This document shows, piece after piece, positions 38,808-48,632 of a stretch of 64,000 nucleotides of DNA; within the stretch, counting starts at the first letter, position 1; each line of letters begins with the position of its first letter. The notes beneath the pieces are model-generated. The model did no database searches. It was given only the letters and a program-made list of their open reading frames with translations, and was not told where the DNA came from. The position numbers and the translations under genes were made by a program. Origin of the DNA: a virus; the UHGV virus genome UHGV-1373625; one strand, written 5' to 3'.

Positions 38808-40790
38808 ATGGCAGAAGTACCTTCTAAAGTTGACGTTATCGTCGGCATGAAATCAGCATTCAGATCAAATCTGAGTACGGATTGCGTAAGATGGAATTAC
38901 TCAAAACGCAATTTTGAATATTGGAATGGTACTGAATGGGTGCTTATCGGGAGTTCGTCAACCGGGGAAGGGCGATCAATTCAAGACAGCCTGTCTTTAT
39001 TTAACGTCCTTCCCCGGAATCCTTCCCTCAATCTTTTCGCTGATGAATATGAATATTCTTGGGGAAAGATTCCTCCGCAAATCACGTTTACTCGTAATTC
39101 ATCAGCTACGTGTTGGGGACCTGACGGAGTTCTACGGACGCATGAAGCAAACGTTCCTCGCATTGAGCATAATCCCATTACGGGTGAATGCCTTGGGTGG
39201 CTTCGTGAGCCACAGCGGACGAACCTCATTTCCCAAATTAGTGTCTCGGGTATGGATTCAAATGTCATTCATGCTCCGGAAACAAGTGCGTCATATAAGT
39301 TTAAAGTCGAATCAGGTGTAACTAAATTTCGATGTGGTTCCGTTCAAAATAGTGTCCAAGGAATATTTGCTCTTGGTGAAATTCCTAGCGATGATAAGAA
39401 TTATTTTGTTTCTATTTTATTTAGACCCGATCCAAATAGCCCTTTTCCGTACATTAGCATTGATACACCTAACTATATTGCAATTGAGGGTAGTGGTCGC
39501 AGGGTTGTTGTGAACGCAAAAACTGGTATGATAGAACTAAAATCAGCTAATGCGACCGATGATAATTTTAGATTAGAAAATCTGGGGGATAAATGGTATC
39601 GAATCTGGTTTAAGATCAAAGGTGTTACTGGAGCTACGGCGAGAACAGGTATTAAATTATCCTTTGCGGAAAAAACAGTGAATGGAACTTTTAATGTTAC
39701 ATTAGATGGAGATAAAACATCCGCTTTCTGGTACGCTTGTCCCCAAATGGAAGAAGCCGAAGATTTTGATACTAAACCAACATCCCCGATTCCTACGGAA
39801 GGAACCGCCCAAGTTACAAGAGCCGAAGACAAGTTTTCTATAAATAACGGGATTACGTTTATTAGAGCATCACAAGCTACGTATTTTGATGCGAAAGGAT
39901 ATATGAGAACTGTCGGAAATGACGTTGAACGGCCTTTATATGATAATAAAACAGGTAAATTCATTTCTACGCTCACTGAAAAACAAAGAACGAATTATGC
40001 GAAAACACTCACCGCCGTTAAAATAACAAAAGAAGAAACTCAAGATAAATTTATAGGTCCAGCATACATCTTAAAACTTGATGCAAGTTTGAATTCGTAC
40101 CATTATCTGATGCACAGATTGTATGCCGCTTCCGATATCCCAAACCATCTAAACGAGGATATAACATTTTCGTTAGTAGTAAAGCCCATAAATCATAATT
40201 ATATTCAAATAAAAATGGGCTCCGACATTACGGGAACGACAGGGTATCACGCCGCTTCATATAATCTAGAAACAAGTTCCCTCATAGAAGTTATTAAACC
40301 AGCATCCTCAAATGTAAGATGGAGGACTACTATAGAAAAAATGCGGAATGGATGGACACAAATTTCTATTGGAGCAAGAATATTAGAAGAATACTCTGTG
40401 GTAGAATCATCGTATGGTTTTTATTCCGCTATATATTTTGCGGATTCAACTGGAAATACTCGAATAGATGGAGACTCTTTTTCCTCCATTTTAGTTGGGA
40501 ATATTCAGCATGAAATAGGGGCTGGATATTCATCCTATATCCCACTCATTAACAATAGCGCAACTACTCGTGCTACTGATATCTATACTAACGTATATCC
40601 GACAAAGGACTCTCCATTTTTATTTAATCCTGTACGTCAAGCGTTCTTCTTTAATGAGGGTGATGGAAAACGGGCATATAACTCCGTAAAAAATACTAGA
40701 ACAATCGAATTTTCTATGGGTACCACGAAACAGTGCGTCGTTTTCCCTGCGCATTTAACTGATAGCCAACTTTCAGATTTAATTAGATAA
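38808..40790 (+). CDS. tail fiber / receptor-binding protein (putative)
   Basis: 660 aa, downstream of the J-like gene. No enzymatic motif was seen. Confidence 0.4.
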   Translation: MAEVPSKVDVIVGMKSAFRSNLSTDCVRWNYSKRNFEYWNGTEWVLIGSSSTGEGRSIQDSLSLFNVLPRNPSLNLFADEYEYSWGKIPPQITFTRNSSATCWGPDGVLRTHEANVPRIEHNPITGECLGWLREPQRTNLISQISVSGMDSNVIHAPETSASYKFKVESGVTKFRCGSVQNSVQGIFALGEIPSDDKNYFVSILFRPDPNSPFPYISIDTPNYIAIEGSGRRVVVNAKTGMIELKSANATDDNFRLENLGDKWYRIWFKIKGVTGATARTGIKLSFAEKTVNGTFNVTLDGDKTSAFWYACPQMEEAEDFDTKPTSPIPTEGTAQVTRAEDKFSINNGITFIRASQATYFDAKGYMRTVGNDVERPLYDNKTGKFISTLTEKQRTNYAKTLTAVKITKEETQDKFIGPAYILKLDASLNSYHYLMHRLYAASDIPNHLNEDITFSLVVKPINHNYIQIKMGSDITGTTGYHAASYNLETSSLIEVIKPASSNVRWRTTIEKMRNGWTQISIGARILEEYSVVESSYGFYSAIYFADSTGNTRIDGDSFSSILVGNIQHEIGAGYSSYIPLINNSATTRATDIYTNVYPTKDSPFLFNPVRQAFFFNEGDGKRAYNSVKNTRTIEFSMGTTKQCVVFPAHLTDSQLSDLIR

Positions 40791-40805
40791 AGGAAAAATC
40801 TCATT

Positions 40806-41144
40806 ATGAATACTGCTATAGCACCAATGCCTTCGGAGCTTATCAATGCGTATACAGATTTCTATTTCGCCGCTCCTAATGTAGCCGCCCTTGAAGAATC
40901 ATTGGGAATCTCCCTTAATGATCCTCCGGAAGGTGTTTATGTTGATTATATTGGAAAAGCTGAAAAAACTCCTCCAGTATATTCAAACGATGACCCAGAA
41001 AACGCTACTATCGTTACTCCGGCTACTTATTATGATTTTGAATTGGTCAATATCCGAATTTCGAGTTTCGTAATTCCAGACAAATTCGTTAACTCGAAAT
41101 TCCTTATTCCTGAGCCTAAGACTCCAGTTAGAGTGTGGTTTTAA
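40806..41144 (+). CDS. hypothetical protein
   Basis: 112 aa. Confidence 0.35.
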   Translation: MNTAIAPMPSELINAYTDFYFAAPNVAALEESLGISLNDPPEGVYVDYIGKAEKTPPVYSNDDPENATIVTPATYYDFELVNIRISSFVIPDKFVNSKFLIPEPKTPVRVWF

Positions 41145-41207
41145 AATGAATAATACTCAAATTTGGGCGGAACTTAACGCTGCACATGAAACAAAAACTT
41201 CTGAGAA

Positions 41208-41474
41208 TTGAAATTAATAACTTCAATCCCTGCAACTGGTGGCATCATTACCATAAATTATACTGGTATTTTACTGGGATACGGAACGTCAACAGACGTT
41301 GTTGGCTCGATGTGGCTAATTAATAGAAGAACTGGAGAAGGTTCAAGCGGATATTCTGGAGGAGGCTTAGGAAACGGCGTATATGCAAATATCCATGTTA
41401 CCGCTGGAGATCAAGTTATAATTTACTATAGTAACATAAGAATAGAAAGATTGGCTATTGCTTTGTTTGCATGA
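41208..41474 (+). CDS. hypothetical Gly-rich small protein
   Basis: 88 aa with a TTG start. Weak support. Confidence 0.2.
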   Translation: MKLITSIPATGGIITINYTGILLGYGTSTDVVGSMWLINRRTGEGSSGYSGGGLGNGVYANIHVTAGDQVIIYYSNIRIERLAIALFA

Positions 41475-41533
41475 TGGAAAAATACTATTGACATTTTTTT
41501 CGATATCTGATAGACGAATAAAATAAAATCTTA

Positions 41534-41800
41534 ATGGAGAGAAATATGAATCTCGAAAAAATTAATGAAATTGTTAAATTTATTGATGAGAATCAGCATA
41601 AGGTAAATGACGATTATGCTATGCTTACGCAGCTTAGAAGCACGCTGTATTTTGTAGACAAGTCTCTTGAAAAGAAGCAAAAAGACCTTGAGGAAGCTTC
41701 CGAAAAATTGAAAAGCCTTTTTTCCGTGATTATTGCCCCGGATAAAGAAGAAGACGATAAAATCGCAGAAGTAGTTTCATCGGACAAACCCTCGGCCTAA
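41534..41800 (+). CDS. hypothetical coiled-coil protein
   Basis: 88 aa. Confidence 0.4.
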   Translation: MERNMNLEKINEIVKFIDENQHKVNDDYAMLTQLRSTLYFVDKSLEKKQKDLEEASEKLKSLFSVIIAPDKEEDDKIAEVVSSDKPSA

Positions 41801-41848
41801 ATAAAAATTGAATCTATAGAAGTCTAATCTTTAGAAGGTAATCCTTAC

Positions 41849-43447
41849 ATGGCAAATCCTAATTTTTCAGCACCAGCAATATCCAATAAAATAGCATCGG
41901 ATATTGATTCCATTCGAGAACTTGCAAAACTTATTGCGAGGATGCGAGGGGATCTTGCTGACAATGCTCCGGAAGGTACTATCATCTTCAATCAATCTGC
42001 AATGAATTTCCAAATGAAAAGCGGAACGGTTTGGAATGCTCTGGATAACGGTACTGGCAAGTACGCTTTCAATGTTGATAGGCTCGACGGGTTTCATGCT
42101 AATGCAGGGATTATTGCCAATTCCATAGTAGTCCGTGATTCTAAGGGTGTCATTCCCGGAAATATTTCCGGACGGGCTCCCAATGCTACACAGGCTGACG
42201 AACTTACTACGGTCAATCCTATTGCGAAAGGGGGGACAGGAGCTTCTACCGCTGCACAGGCTCGCGCCAATCTCGGTACGAATGACGTAGGTAATCTTAC
42301 GGCTGGAGTTCTTCCTTTTGCACGGGGCGGTACAGGTCGTACAGATGGTAGCGCGAATGATGTTCAAACTCCGAGTGTAGTAGTAGACGCTAATGTCACT
42401 ACCGCAAAAGGGAGGGGTCAAATAGGTGGACTTGCAATGGGCCGAGGTATCGGTACAGATGCGAATTTATTTACGGAAAATGGTAGATATTGGTTTAATA
42501 ATGACAATGCATTAGTAAATTTCCCAAAGAATAAAGTAGGCGGGTCATTGGATGTCCGTGCTTATGCCACGTATTCTCATCAAGACTATATTAATTACAA
42601 TAATACAGGTCGATTTTGGAGAATAACTCAAAATACCGGAAGTACGTGGTCCCCGTGGTATCGTGTCCCCGAAGGTTTAACAGATAATTACACCACAAAC
42701 TCGTCTGTTGTTGCCGCATCCGCTAAAGCCCTGATGAATCTCAAAGCTTACGTAGATACGAAATTGCCTTTGGCTGGCGGGAATATGTCAGGAAAGATTA
42801 ACGAGCTTCGGGGTACGTATGTTGCTTCATGGGAACCGAGGTGTCTAACTTCAGGGATCAATATTCGTGAAAATGATTTAGTTGGAAATACTCAATCTGA
42901 CATAGGATATGCGCCTTCGATTGGTTTTCTTTGGAATGATAAAGCTGCTGGAACTCTTCACTTACGAAGTGATGGTGTTTTTTCATTTAAGAAACAATAT
43001 GGAGAAAGAGCTACCGTTGATTGTTACGCTGTATCCGCCGATGTTGCTAGAACTTCACAGTATCTACGTAATACTGGTGGCGCGGATATGAATTTTGCTT
43101 GGGATGGTCAGGGTGGTCAGCCACAATGGTTGTGGGGAAGTAATGACGGTGTAAATATTAAAGTTTGGAATCCTTCAAACTTCTCTGTAAATTATGCTAA
43201 TTCTTGTAATTGGGCAAATAATGCTGGACAGGCCACTCCAACTATTTATGCAGCTTGGCAATCGCATGGTCAAGCAAATCTACCTGCGGGAGGGACTTGG
43301 TTGTGGTTAAAGTACGCAAATTATCCGGATCGAAATAATCTCTGCTATTGTGGTGTCGCCGCTGGCGGATCATGGATTGGAGACGCATCCGGTATCGGAG
43401 GCAAAACCTCGGGTGTATCTATTTGTGCTTTTAAAATTAGTCAGTAA
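41849..43447 (+). CDS. tail fiber protein
   Basis: IAKGGTGASTAAQARANLG and FARGGTGRTDG are the tail-fiber repeat motif seen in lambda Stf and T4 gp37-like fibers. Confidence 0.6.
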   Translation: MANPNFSAPAISNKIASDIDSIRELAKLIARMRGDLADNAPEGTIIFNQSAMNFQMKSGTVWNALDNGTGKYAFNVDRLDGFHANAGIIANSIVVRDSKGVIPGNISGRAPNATQADELTTVNPIAKGGTGASTAAQARANLGTNDVGNLTAGVLPFARGGTGRTDGSANDVQTPSVVVDANVTTAKGRGQIGGLAMGRGIGTDANLFTENGRYWFNNDNALVNFPKNKVGGSLDVRAYATYSHQDYINYNNTGRFWRITQNTGSTWSPWYRVPEGLTDNYTTNSSVVAASAKALMNLKAYVDTKLPLAGGNMSGKINELRGTYVASWEPRCLTSGINIRENDLVGNTQSDIGYAPSIGFLWNDKAAGTLHLRSDGVFSFKKQYGERATVDCYAVSADVARTSQYLRNTGGADMNFAWDGQGGQPQWLWGSNDGVNIKVWNPSNFSVNYANSCNWANNAGQATPTIYAAWQSHGQANLPAGGTWLWLKYANYPDRNNLCYCGVAAGGSWIGDASGIGGKTSGVSICAFKISQ

Positions 43448-43456
43448 GGTAAAAAA

Positions 43457-43993
43457 ATGAAAGTTATCCTGCGTACCTCAGATGATTCGTTTGTTATCCA
43501 AAAATATGGGATGCCTTATCAAGTTCATCCATATATTAAAGAACACGCTAAATTGTGGGATGAAATTAATACTTATATTACGAATCATCCCGAATGTGTA
43601 ACAGAAGAGTATCCTCATATTCCCCCAGAACCAACTTTTGAAGATGTAAAAGCATTAAAACTTGAAGAAATTAATACGGCTGCGGATTCAGCTATTTCAA
43701 AAATTGTATCTACGTACCCTGAAAAAGAGATCGATTCTTTTGGAAAACAAGAACTAGAGGCACGCGCATATCTTAAAAACCCAGAATCTCCTACGCCTTT
43801 TCTTTCTATTCTTGCTAAAACACGAGGAATCGCATTGCCGGATCTTGTAAATAAGGTTATTCTTAAAGCAGATAAGTTTTCGATTTTATCGGCACGTATT
43901 ATTGGGCAACGACAAGCTCTAGAAGACAAACTTAAAATTTGTACTACTATTGACGAAGTAAAGGCGATAACCGTAGATATTATTACTGCTTAA
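43457..43993 (+). CDS. tail fiber assembly/chaperone-like protein (DUF4376-like)
   Basis: The KALKLEEINTAAD...YPEKEIDSFGKQELEARAYL...LSILAKTRGIALPDLVNKVILKADKFS pattern is present. The gene lies directly after the fiber gene. Confidence 0.4.
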   Translation: MKVILRTSDDSFVIQKYGMPYQVHPYIKEHAKLWDEINTYITNHPECVTEEYPHIPPEPTFEDVKALKLEEINTAADSAISKIVSTYPEKEIDSFGKQELEARAYLKNPESPTPFLSILAKTRGIALPDLVNKVILKADKFSILSARIIGQRQALEDKLKICTTIDEVKAITVDIITA

Positions 43994-44005
43994 AAGGATT
44001 TTAAC

Positions 44006-44242
44006 GTGCAGTATTTAAGAAAAGTTCTTATTTCTATAGATCAATTAATCAATACGCTCCTCGGCGGCTGGCCCGACGAAACATTATCATCTAGGTGTTA
44101 TAGATGGGCAAAAGATGGTGTCTATATATGGCCTCAAAGGACAGTAAACTCTTTATTCTTCTGGCAAAAAGACCATTGTAAAAGTAGCTATGAAAATGAA
44201 AGGAAAGGAAGACAGCTTCCTCCCGAATTGCGTAAAAATTAA
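44006..44242 (+). CDS. hypothetical protein
   Basis: 78 aa. Confidence 0.3.
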   Translation: MQYLRKVLISIDQLINTLLGGWPDETLSSRCYRWAKDGVYIWPQRTVNSLFFWQKDHCKSSYENERKGRQLPPELRKN

Positions 44243-44262
44243 ATATATAAGGTAAAGTTTTA

Positions 44263-44442
44263 ATGGAAGACCTCTCTTTTCAAAATAATATTTTTTCTAT
44301 CCGTGGAATTAAGAAGAACGAAGACCAATCTTTTACCATAACTCTTGGTATCGGAGATCAGACTGCGGAATTTATTATCCCGGATACCGATGAATATGAA
44401 CTTATTTATAACGGAATCAAAGAATTTCTTGATAACAATTAA
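44263..44442 (+). CDS. small hypothetical protein (59 aa)
   Basis: MEDLSFQNNIFSIRGIKKNEDQSFTITLGIGDQTAEFIIPDTDEYELIYNGIKEFLDNN. It lies on the plus strand and is preferred over the low-complexity antisense ORF 44260-44478. Confidence 0.25.
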   Translation: MEDLSFQNNIFSIRGIKKNEDQSFTITLGIGDQTAEFIIPDTDEYELIYNGIKEFLDNN

Positions 44443-44460
44443 AAAGGACAATATACGAAT

Positions 44461-44820
44461 ATGAGCGACACGCATCAAACAGTTACGGTAGGCGGTGGGG
44501 AGAAAACGGACGGAATTTCTAGTGCTATTCTTGCATTCGCTAAAGATATTCCGAGGGAAGTTTCAGATCATGTATCTACGCTCTTTTGGAGGATGCTGAC
44601 GTTGCTTCTTATCGTCATGTTCCTTCTTACCGGGGGAGCTTCCTATTATTTTTCATCAAGAATCAATGATATGGAAGCTCAAATCTCTGAGAAAAACAGA
44701 GCTATCGAATCAATTAATCGTAGACATAGAGATCTGGTTAGGGCTATCGGCAAGGGAGATATTCAGTCTCTTTCTAAAGCGAATATTAAATCAGATTCAA
44801 ATCATGAAATTTCAGAATAA
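44461..44820 (+). CDS. single-TM membrane protein (holin-like?)
   Basis: The TM helix MLTLLLIVMFLLTGGASYYF is followed by a charged coiled-coil tail. Confidence 0.35.
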   Translation: MSDTHQTVTVGGGEKTDGISSAILAFAKDIPREVSDHVSTLFWRMLTLLLIVMFLLTGGASYYFSSRINDMEAQISEKNRAIESINRRHRDLVRAIGKGDIQSLSKANIKSDSNHEISE

Positions 44821-44838
44821 AAGTGGCAATGGTAAACA

Positions 44839-45081
44839 ATGGCTACATCCGACGCTAATATTTGTCCCGTTTGCAAAGAAAGGGCTTTTTATCAAACAAC
44901 CGTAGTAGCTTTTGAAGATACTCATTTACATCGATTAGGAATGGAAGAGAGACCGACCTATACTTGTGCCGTATGCGGAGCGACTTTTCTGAGAAAGGTA
45001 AAACCTGAGTTTTATCAAGTCAAAACTCAAACGCCTCCAGCTTGGCTAGTAAGGAAATTAAGCAAGAAGGAGGCTAAATAA
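44839..45081 (+). CDS. Zn-ribbon protein
   Basis: CPVCK...CAVCG. Confidence 0.35.
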   Translation: MATSDANICPVCKERAFYQTTVVAFEDTHLHRLGMEERPTYTCAVCGATFLRKVKPEFYQVKTQTPPAWLVRKLSKKEAK

Positions 45082-46361
45082 TGGCATATGAACCTCGCAC
45101 AAGCAAAGGTCTTCGTTTTTTCCGGGGAACAGGAGTAGACCTTGCAACGACATCATGGCAGATAATTAATGGCATTTCGGATTGGGCGGCCCCAACACCC
45201 ACCATCCAATCGATTGATATGACGACGATTAAAGATGAAGCCACTGTATACGCTCCCGGAATCCGAGAGAGCGGAAGCTCATCCATAACCCTGTATTTTG
45301 ATGATTTAAACACGATTCACCAGAATCTTTTGATTGCTGATAGCAAGTCTGCGGTCAACATTCCTTATCGCATCGATTTTACTGAGACAGGGACTAGCGT
45401 AGCCTTCATGGGGCACCCAACCTCTGTACCTGTTTCCGGTTCCGTAGGCTCTGCAAATAGCGCTACGATTACATTCTATGTTTCCGGCGACCCTGAATGG
45501 TCTTTCGGTTCTGGAAGTAGCCCTGAGCTTGATCCTTCTCAAATTCCGGAATCGGTCAAAGAAAGATTCACCATAGTTACCAATGAAGCCGCAATGCTTT
45601 CCTTGACAATCAAAGATGTACAAAATGGTGACTCTGTAATTGTCAAAGAGCCGAAGCCTCTTATGTACGCTGTGGTCGATGACGGCGCACTTGGTACAAT
45701 GGCGGCTTTTTATGCTTATCGGGCTAAATCTGATTGGAGTCTTCTTTCCAGCATCCCCACCACATTTAAGCCTTCTGCACATGCGGATAAAAGTGCGGCG
45801 TATGGATTAGCAACAACAACTCTGTATGGTCATGCAAAAATCACGACAACTACTCCAAAAGCCCTTGGCGTAGCCAATATAGGCTCGGAGGATGCGTTTG
45901 CTAGAGGTGACCATGTTCATCCAGCTCAAACAGAAGTGTCCGGCAATGCTGCAACGGCTACACAATGGAAAACTCCGAGAACATTCTATATCTCTGGGGT
46001 ATATAAAGCGGAAGCTATTGTTAATGGGACGAAAAATATAGATTTCGCTCTGGAAAAGAATATCCAAAGTTTGGCTTCCGGTACGGGTACTGTTTCAGTT
46101 GAGTTAGTCCCTTCCGTAACTCACATCGTTACAGTAGACCGCGCCTTTACTGTAACGATCCCCGCAGGGTTACAATCCGATAAATTTTATGAGTTTCATG
46201 CCATCCTTAAAGCCGCGAACGCTTCCGCTGCATTGACGATTTCAGAACCTATTCAATGGGAAAACAATACGCCTCCTTCTTTGATCGAAAATAAAGTTAC
46301 TGAAATTCAAATACAAATCTATGGCAATATAAAAATTGGAACATACCGCATATTCGGATAA
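45081..46361 (+). CDS. chimeric protein: major-tail-protein-like N-domain fused to a fiber-like C-terminal region
   Basis: The N-terminal roughly 150 aa is clearly paralogous to the 25762 major tail protein: MAYEPRTSKGLRFFRGTG... versus MAVSYQARTSKGLKFFRGTG..., and ...HQNLL... in both. The C-terminus has HAKITTTTPKALGVANIGSEDAFARGDHVHP. Confidence 0.5.
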   Translation: MAYEPRTSKGLRFFRGTGVDLATTSWQIINGISDWAAPTPTIQSIDMTTIKDEATVYAPGIRESGSSSITLYFDDLNTIHQNLLIADSKSAVNIPYRIDFTETGTSVAFMGHPTSVPVSGSVGSANSATITFYVSGDPEWSFGSGSSPELDPSQIPESVKERFTIVTNEAAMLSLTIKDVQNGDSVIVKEPKPLMYAVVDDGALGTMAAFYAYRAKSDWSLLSSIPTTFKPSAHADKSAAYGLATTTLYGHAKITTTTPKALGVANIGSEDAFARGDHVHPAQTEVSGNAATATQWKTPRTFYISGVYKAEAIVNGTKNIDFALEKNIQSLASGTGTVSVELVPSVTHIVTVDRAFTVTIPAGLQSDKFYEFHAILKAANASAALTISEPIQWENNTPPSLIENKVTEIQIQIYGNIKIGTYRIFG

Positions 46362-46441
46362 TAGGAAACTCGTATAAAAATTAAAATAACTCCGTCGACG
46401 GTCGTGGACGCATTTCAATATTTAAAACTTCGCGCTATATT

Positions 46442-46479
46442 GCCCCCATGATGTTAATCATCACTTTGGGGGCTTTATT
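46442..46479 (+). terminator. hairpin plus TTTATT
   Basis: GCCCCCA...TGGGGGC forms the stem, with an inner TGATG/CATCA pair. Confidence 0.45.
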
Positions 46480-46995
46480 ATGTCTAACGCAACTACAGGA
46501 TTTAATCAATCCGCATATTCTTCTCCTACGCAACGCTCTTCTATGCCTATGAACACATACAGCTACGCGATGGTAAGTTCTGATGGCGTTATTTACACAT
46601 GGGATGTCAATGCCGGAAACCAACCTATCGGGGTAGCCACGGAGATTCACGAGAAGCTTAAAGCGCAGCTTATACAAGCGATTGATAAGGCAGAGTCTTA
46701 TTATAAGATGCTCGTAGAAAACGGGATTATAAAGCCTGAACCTACGCAAGAAGAAGTTCTTAACAACGCTTTGAAGGAATTGCAGGAATCCCGTGCGCAG
46801 AATGCTAAACTGGCTGAGATGATTGCTGGTCTTACCGATAAGATTCAAGTCATTTCATCGAATATCGCTTCAACTAAGTCCGTCAATGAGGAAACTCAGG
46901 ACACTCCGAAATTCGTAGATGACGTGATTAAGGAAGATGCAAAGAATCCTCCAGTTAAAATGGAACAAGGCAACAATAGAGGTAATAAACGATGA
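46480..46995 (+). CDS. hypothetical protein
   Basis: 171 aa, helical. Confidence 0.4.
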   Translation: MSNATTGFNQSAYSSPTQRSSMPMNTYSYAMVSSDGVIYTWDVNAGNQPIGVATEIHEKLKAQLIQAIDKAESYYKMLVENGIIKPEPTQEEVLNNALKELQESRAQNAKLAEMIAGLTDKIQVISSNIASTKSVNEETQDTPKFVDDVIKEDAKNPPVKMEQGNNRGNKR

Positions 46996-47360
46996 ACGTA
47001 CAAAAGATCATGAGCATTGTAAATACCTTGTCCGGAGGAAACTCAAAGGTAATTGACGCCGCGCAAAAGGCTATCTCCGAATCTCGTAATTACCAACCAA
47101 CTCTTGAGGGCGCGCTTCAAGTTGCCCAGAAGTTTGGTATTGATGCTCAAATTCTTGCGGGGATGAAGAAACATTTGGACAATCCCGCCATTAAGATGGG
47201 ACTGAATTCCATAGCTCCCGGAAGCATCGACAAAATTACCGAGATGGGGAATCAGCTTGAGGCCGCGCTTCGTCAACGAGGTTCAGCTCCTGCCTCAAAT
47301 GCTCCTAATCCCGGAAATGACGAATTGGCTAAACGCCTTCAAAAACTTGGAATAAAATAA
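46992..47360 (+). CDS. hypothetical protein
   Basis: 122 aa. Confidence 0.4.
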   Translation: MNVQKIMSIVNTLSGGNSKVIDAAQKAISESRNYQPTLEGALQVAQKFGIDAQILAGMKKHLDNPAIKMGLNSIAPGSIDKITEMGNQLEAALRQRGSAPASNAPNPGNDELAKRLQKLGIK

Positions 47361-47439
47361 TACCTTCGGTGATTCGAGAAGAAATTCGCAGTTTCTTCTC
47401 TTCACATATACCCAAAAACTTTTTTATGGAGAATGACTT

Positions 47440-48009
47440 ATGGAATCTGAACGCGAATCTTCCATGAACTTCGGCTGGATCTTTATCGTGCTGCTCCTGT
47501 TCTTCGGGATCTTCGGCGGTGGCTTCGGCTGCGGTGGTAACGGCCTGTTCGGTCGTGGTAATTGCGGTGGTGCCGCTGCTGTTGCTGGTACTGAGCTTGC
47601 TGATCTGGTTGCGCTGCGCTCCGTGCTTGGTCACAAGACCATGACGGACAACTGCCAGACCGACCGCGATGTTCTGGAACTCAAGTGCAACATGACCGCG
47701 CAGAACGCTGTGCTGACGCAGCAGCTTGAAACTGCCTTCCGCACGATTATCTCTAATCAGGACGCTGGTTTCTCGGCTCTGCGTACTCAGATGCTCGAAG
47801 ACCAGATTCGTACCCGCGACATGACCCTGATGGCTCAGAACAACGAAATTCAGGGGCTCAAGGCGCAGATGTACAATGACGGTCGTTTCAACGCTCTGGA
47901 ACGCTCCATTGAAGCTGGTTTCTGCCAGACTGTCAAGCGTCCGCCCTTCTTCCCCGTGGGTTGCTCCCCGTGCGTGAATCCTTGTGGTTGCGGTGGCGTC
48001 ACCGCCTAA
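47440..48009 (+). CDS. Gly-rich membrane protein with coiled coil and C-terminal Cys cluster (GC-rich island)
   Basis: GGAGAA RBS. The N-terminus FGWIFIVLLLFFGIFGGGFGCGGNG is followed by a coiled coil. The C-terminus is CSPCVNPCGCGG. The local GC content is far above the window average. Confidence 0.4.
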   Translation: MESERESSMNFGWIFIVLLLFFGIFGGGFGCGGNGLFGRGNCGGAAAVAGTELADLVALRSVLGHKTMTDNCQTDRDVLELKCNMTAQNAVLTQQLETAFRTIISNQDAGFSALRTQMLEDQIRTRDMTLMAQNNEIQGLKAQMYNDGRFNALERSIEAGFCQTVKRPPFFPVGCSPCVNPCGCGGVTA

Positions 48010-48086
48010 CACGGGCTGATTTCACCTTGATATGAGAGGGGCGCAATTAAACCCCTCTCATTAACCACAATGTACGGAGAATTACT

Positions 48087-48524
48087 ATGTGCAATCGCTG
48101 CTGCATTCCGTGCATCCGTGTAGCAAGTATCACTACAACCGCCACGACTGCGACTCTTACTCTGGCTACCAGTATCCCGGTAGGAAGATTTGATATCGTA
48201 GTTGGAAGGAACTTGTGCATCAGTCCTTGTGCTGATGAAGAAGTTCAGATTGTTGCTGGAGGCGTTACGTTTACGAACGTACTCAACACCTCTGGGAACT
48301 ATCTTACCCTTGGACAACTTTCTCGTTTCGTTCGATGCGGCTGCCGCATTCGTATGATTCAGACAAGCAATCCTGCGGGTAACATCATGGCTATTGATGT
48401 GTCTTGCCCCGGCCCGAACGGAGTACCCATCGTAAACTGCGGGACATCCTTGCTTCCCGCAACCGCCTCTGCTTCCCTCGCTTCCCCGGAACTTGACAAG
48501 TCGGAAGCCCCCGCTAAGAAATAA
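48087..48524 (+). CDS. Cys-rich hypothetical protein (GC-rich island)
   Basis: The N-terminus is MCNRCCIPCIRV, followed by a T/A-rich low-complexity stretch. Confidence 0.35.
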   Translation: MCNRCCIPCIRVASITTTATTATLTLATSIPVGRFDIVVGRNLCISPCADEEVQIVAGGVTFTNVLNTSGNYLTLGQLSRFVRCGCRIRMIQTSNPAGNIMAIDVSCPGPNGVPIVNCGTSLLPATASASLASPELDKSEAPAKK

Positions 48525-48576
48525 AGTATCCGGGATTTGGGAGCATACGTAGCCTATGACTACGTAACCCCTACCG

Positions 48577-48618
48577 CGCAGCGTGGGATGATTCTTATCT
48601 TCTCGCGCTGCGTTTTTT
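48577..48618 (+). terminator. hairpin plus T6
   Basis: CGCAGCG pairs with CGCTGCG across a long loop, followed by TTTTTTATT. The ACGTAG/CTACGT hairpin at 48547-48565 lies just upstream. Confidence 0.45.
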
Positions 48619-48632
48619 ATTAAGGAAATACC

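Noticed and set aside
44260-44478. 72-aa minus-strand ORF
   Set aside because: The translation is low-complexity (I/F/K-rich). A 59-aa plus-strand ORF with an RBS fits the unidirectional operon better.
46391-46400. CCGTCGACGG perfect palindrome
   Set aside because: Single 10-bp occurrence containing a SalI-type site. No evidence of function.
47329-48012. 227-aa minus-strand ORF in the GC-rich island
   Set aside because: It is antisense to a plus-strand gene that has a good RBS and TM/coiled-coil features. GC-rich DNA commonly yields long spurious antisense ORFs.
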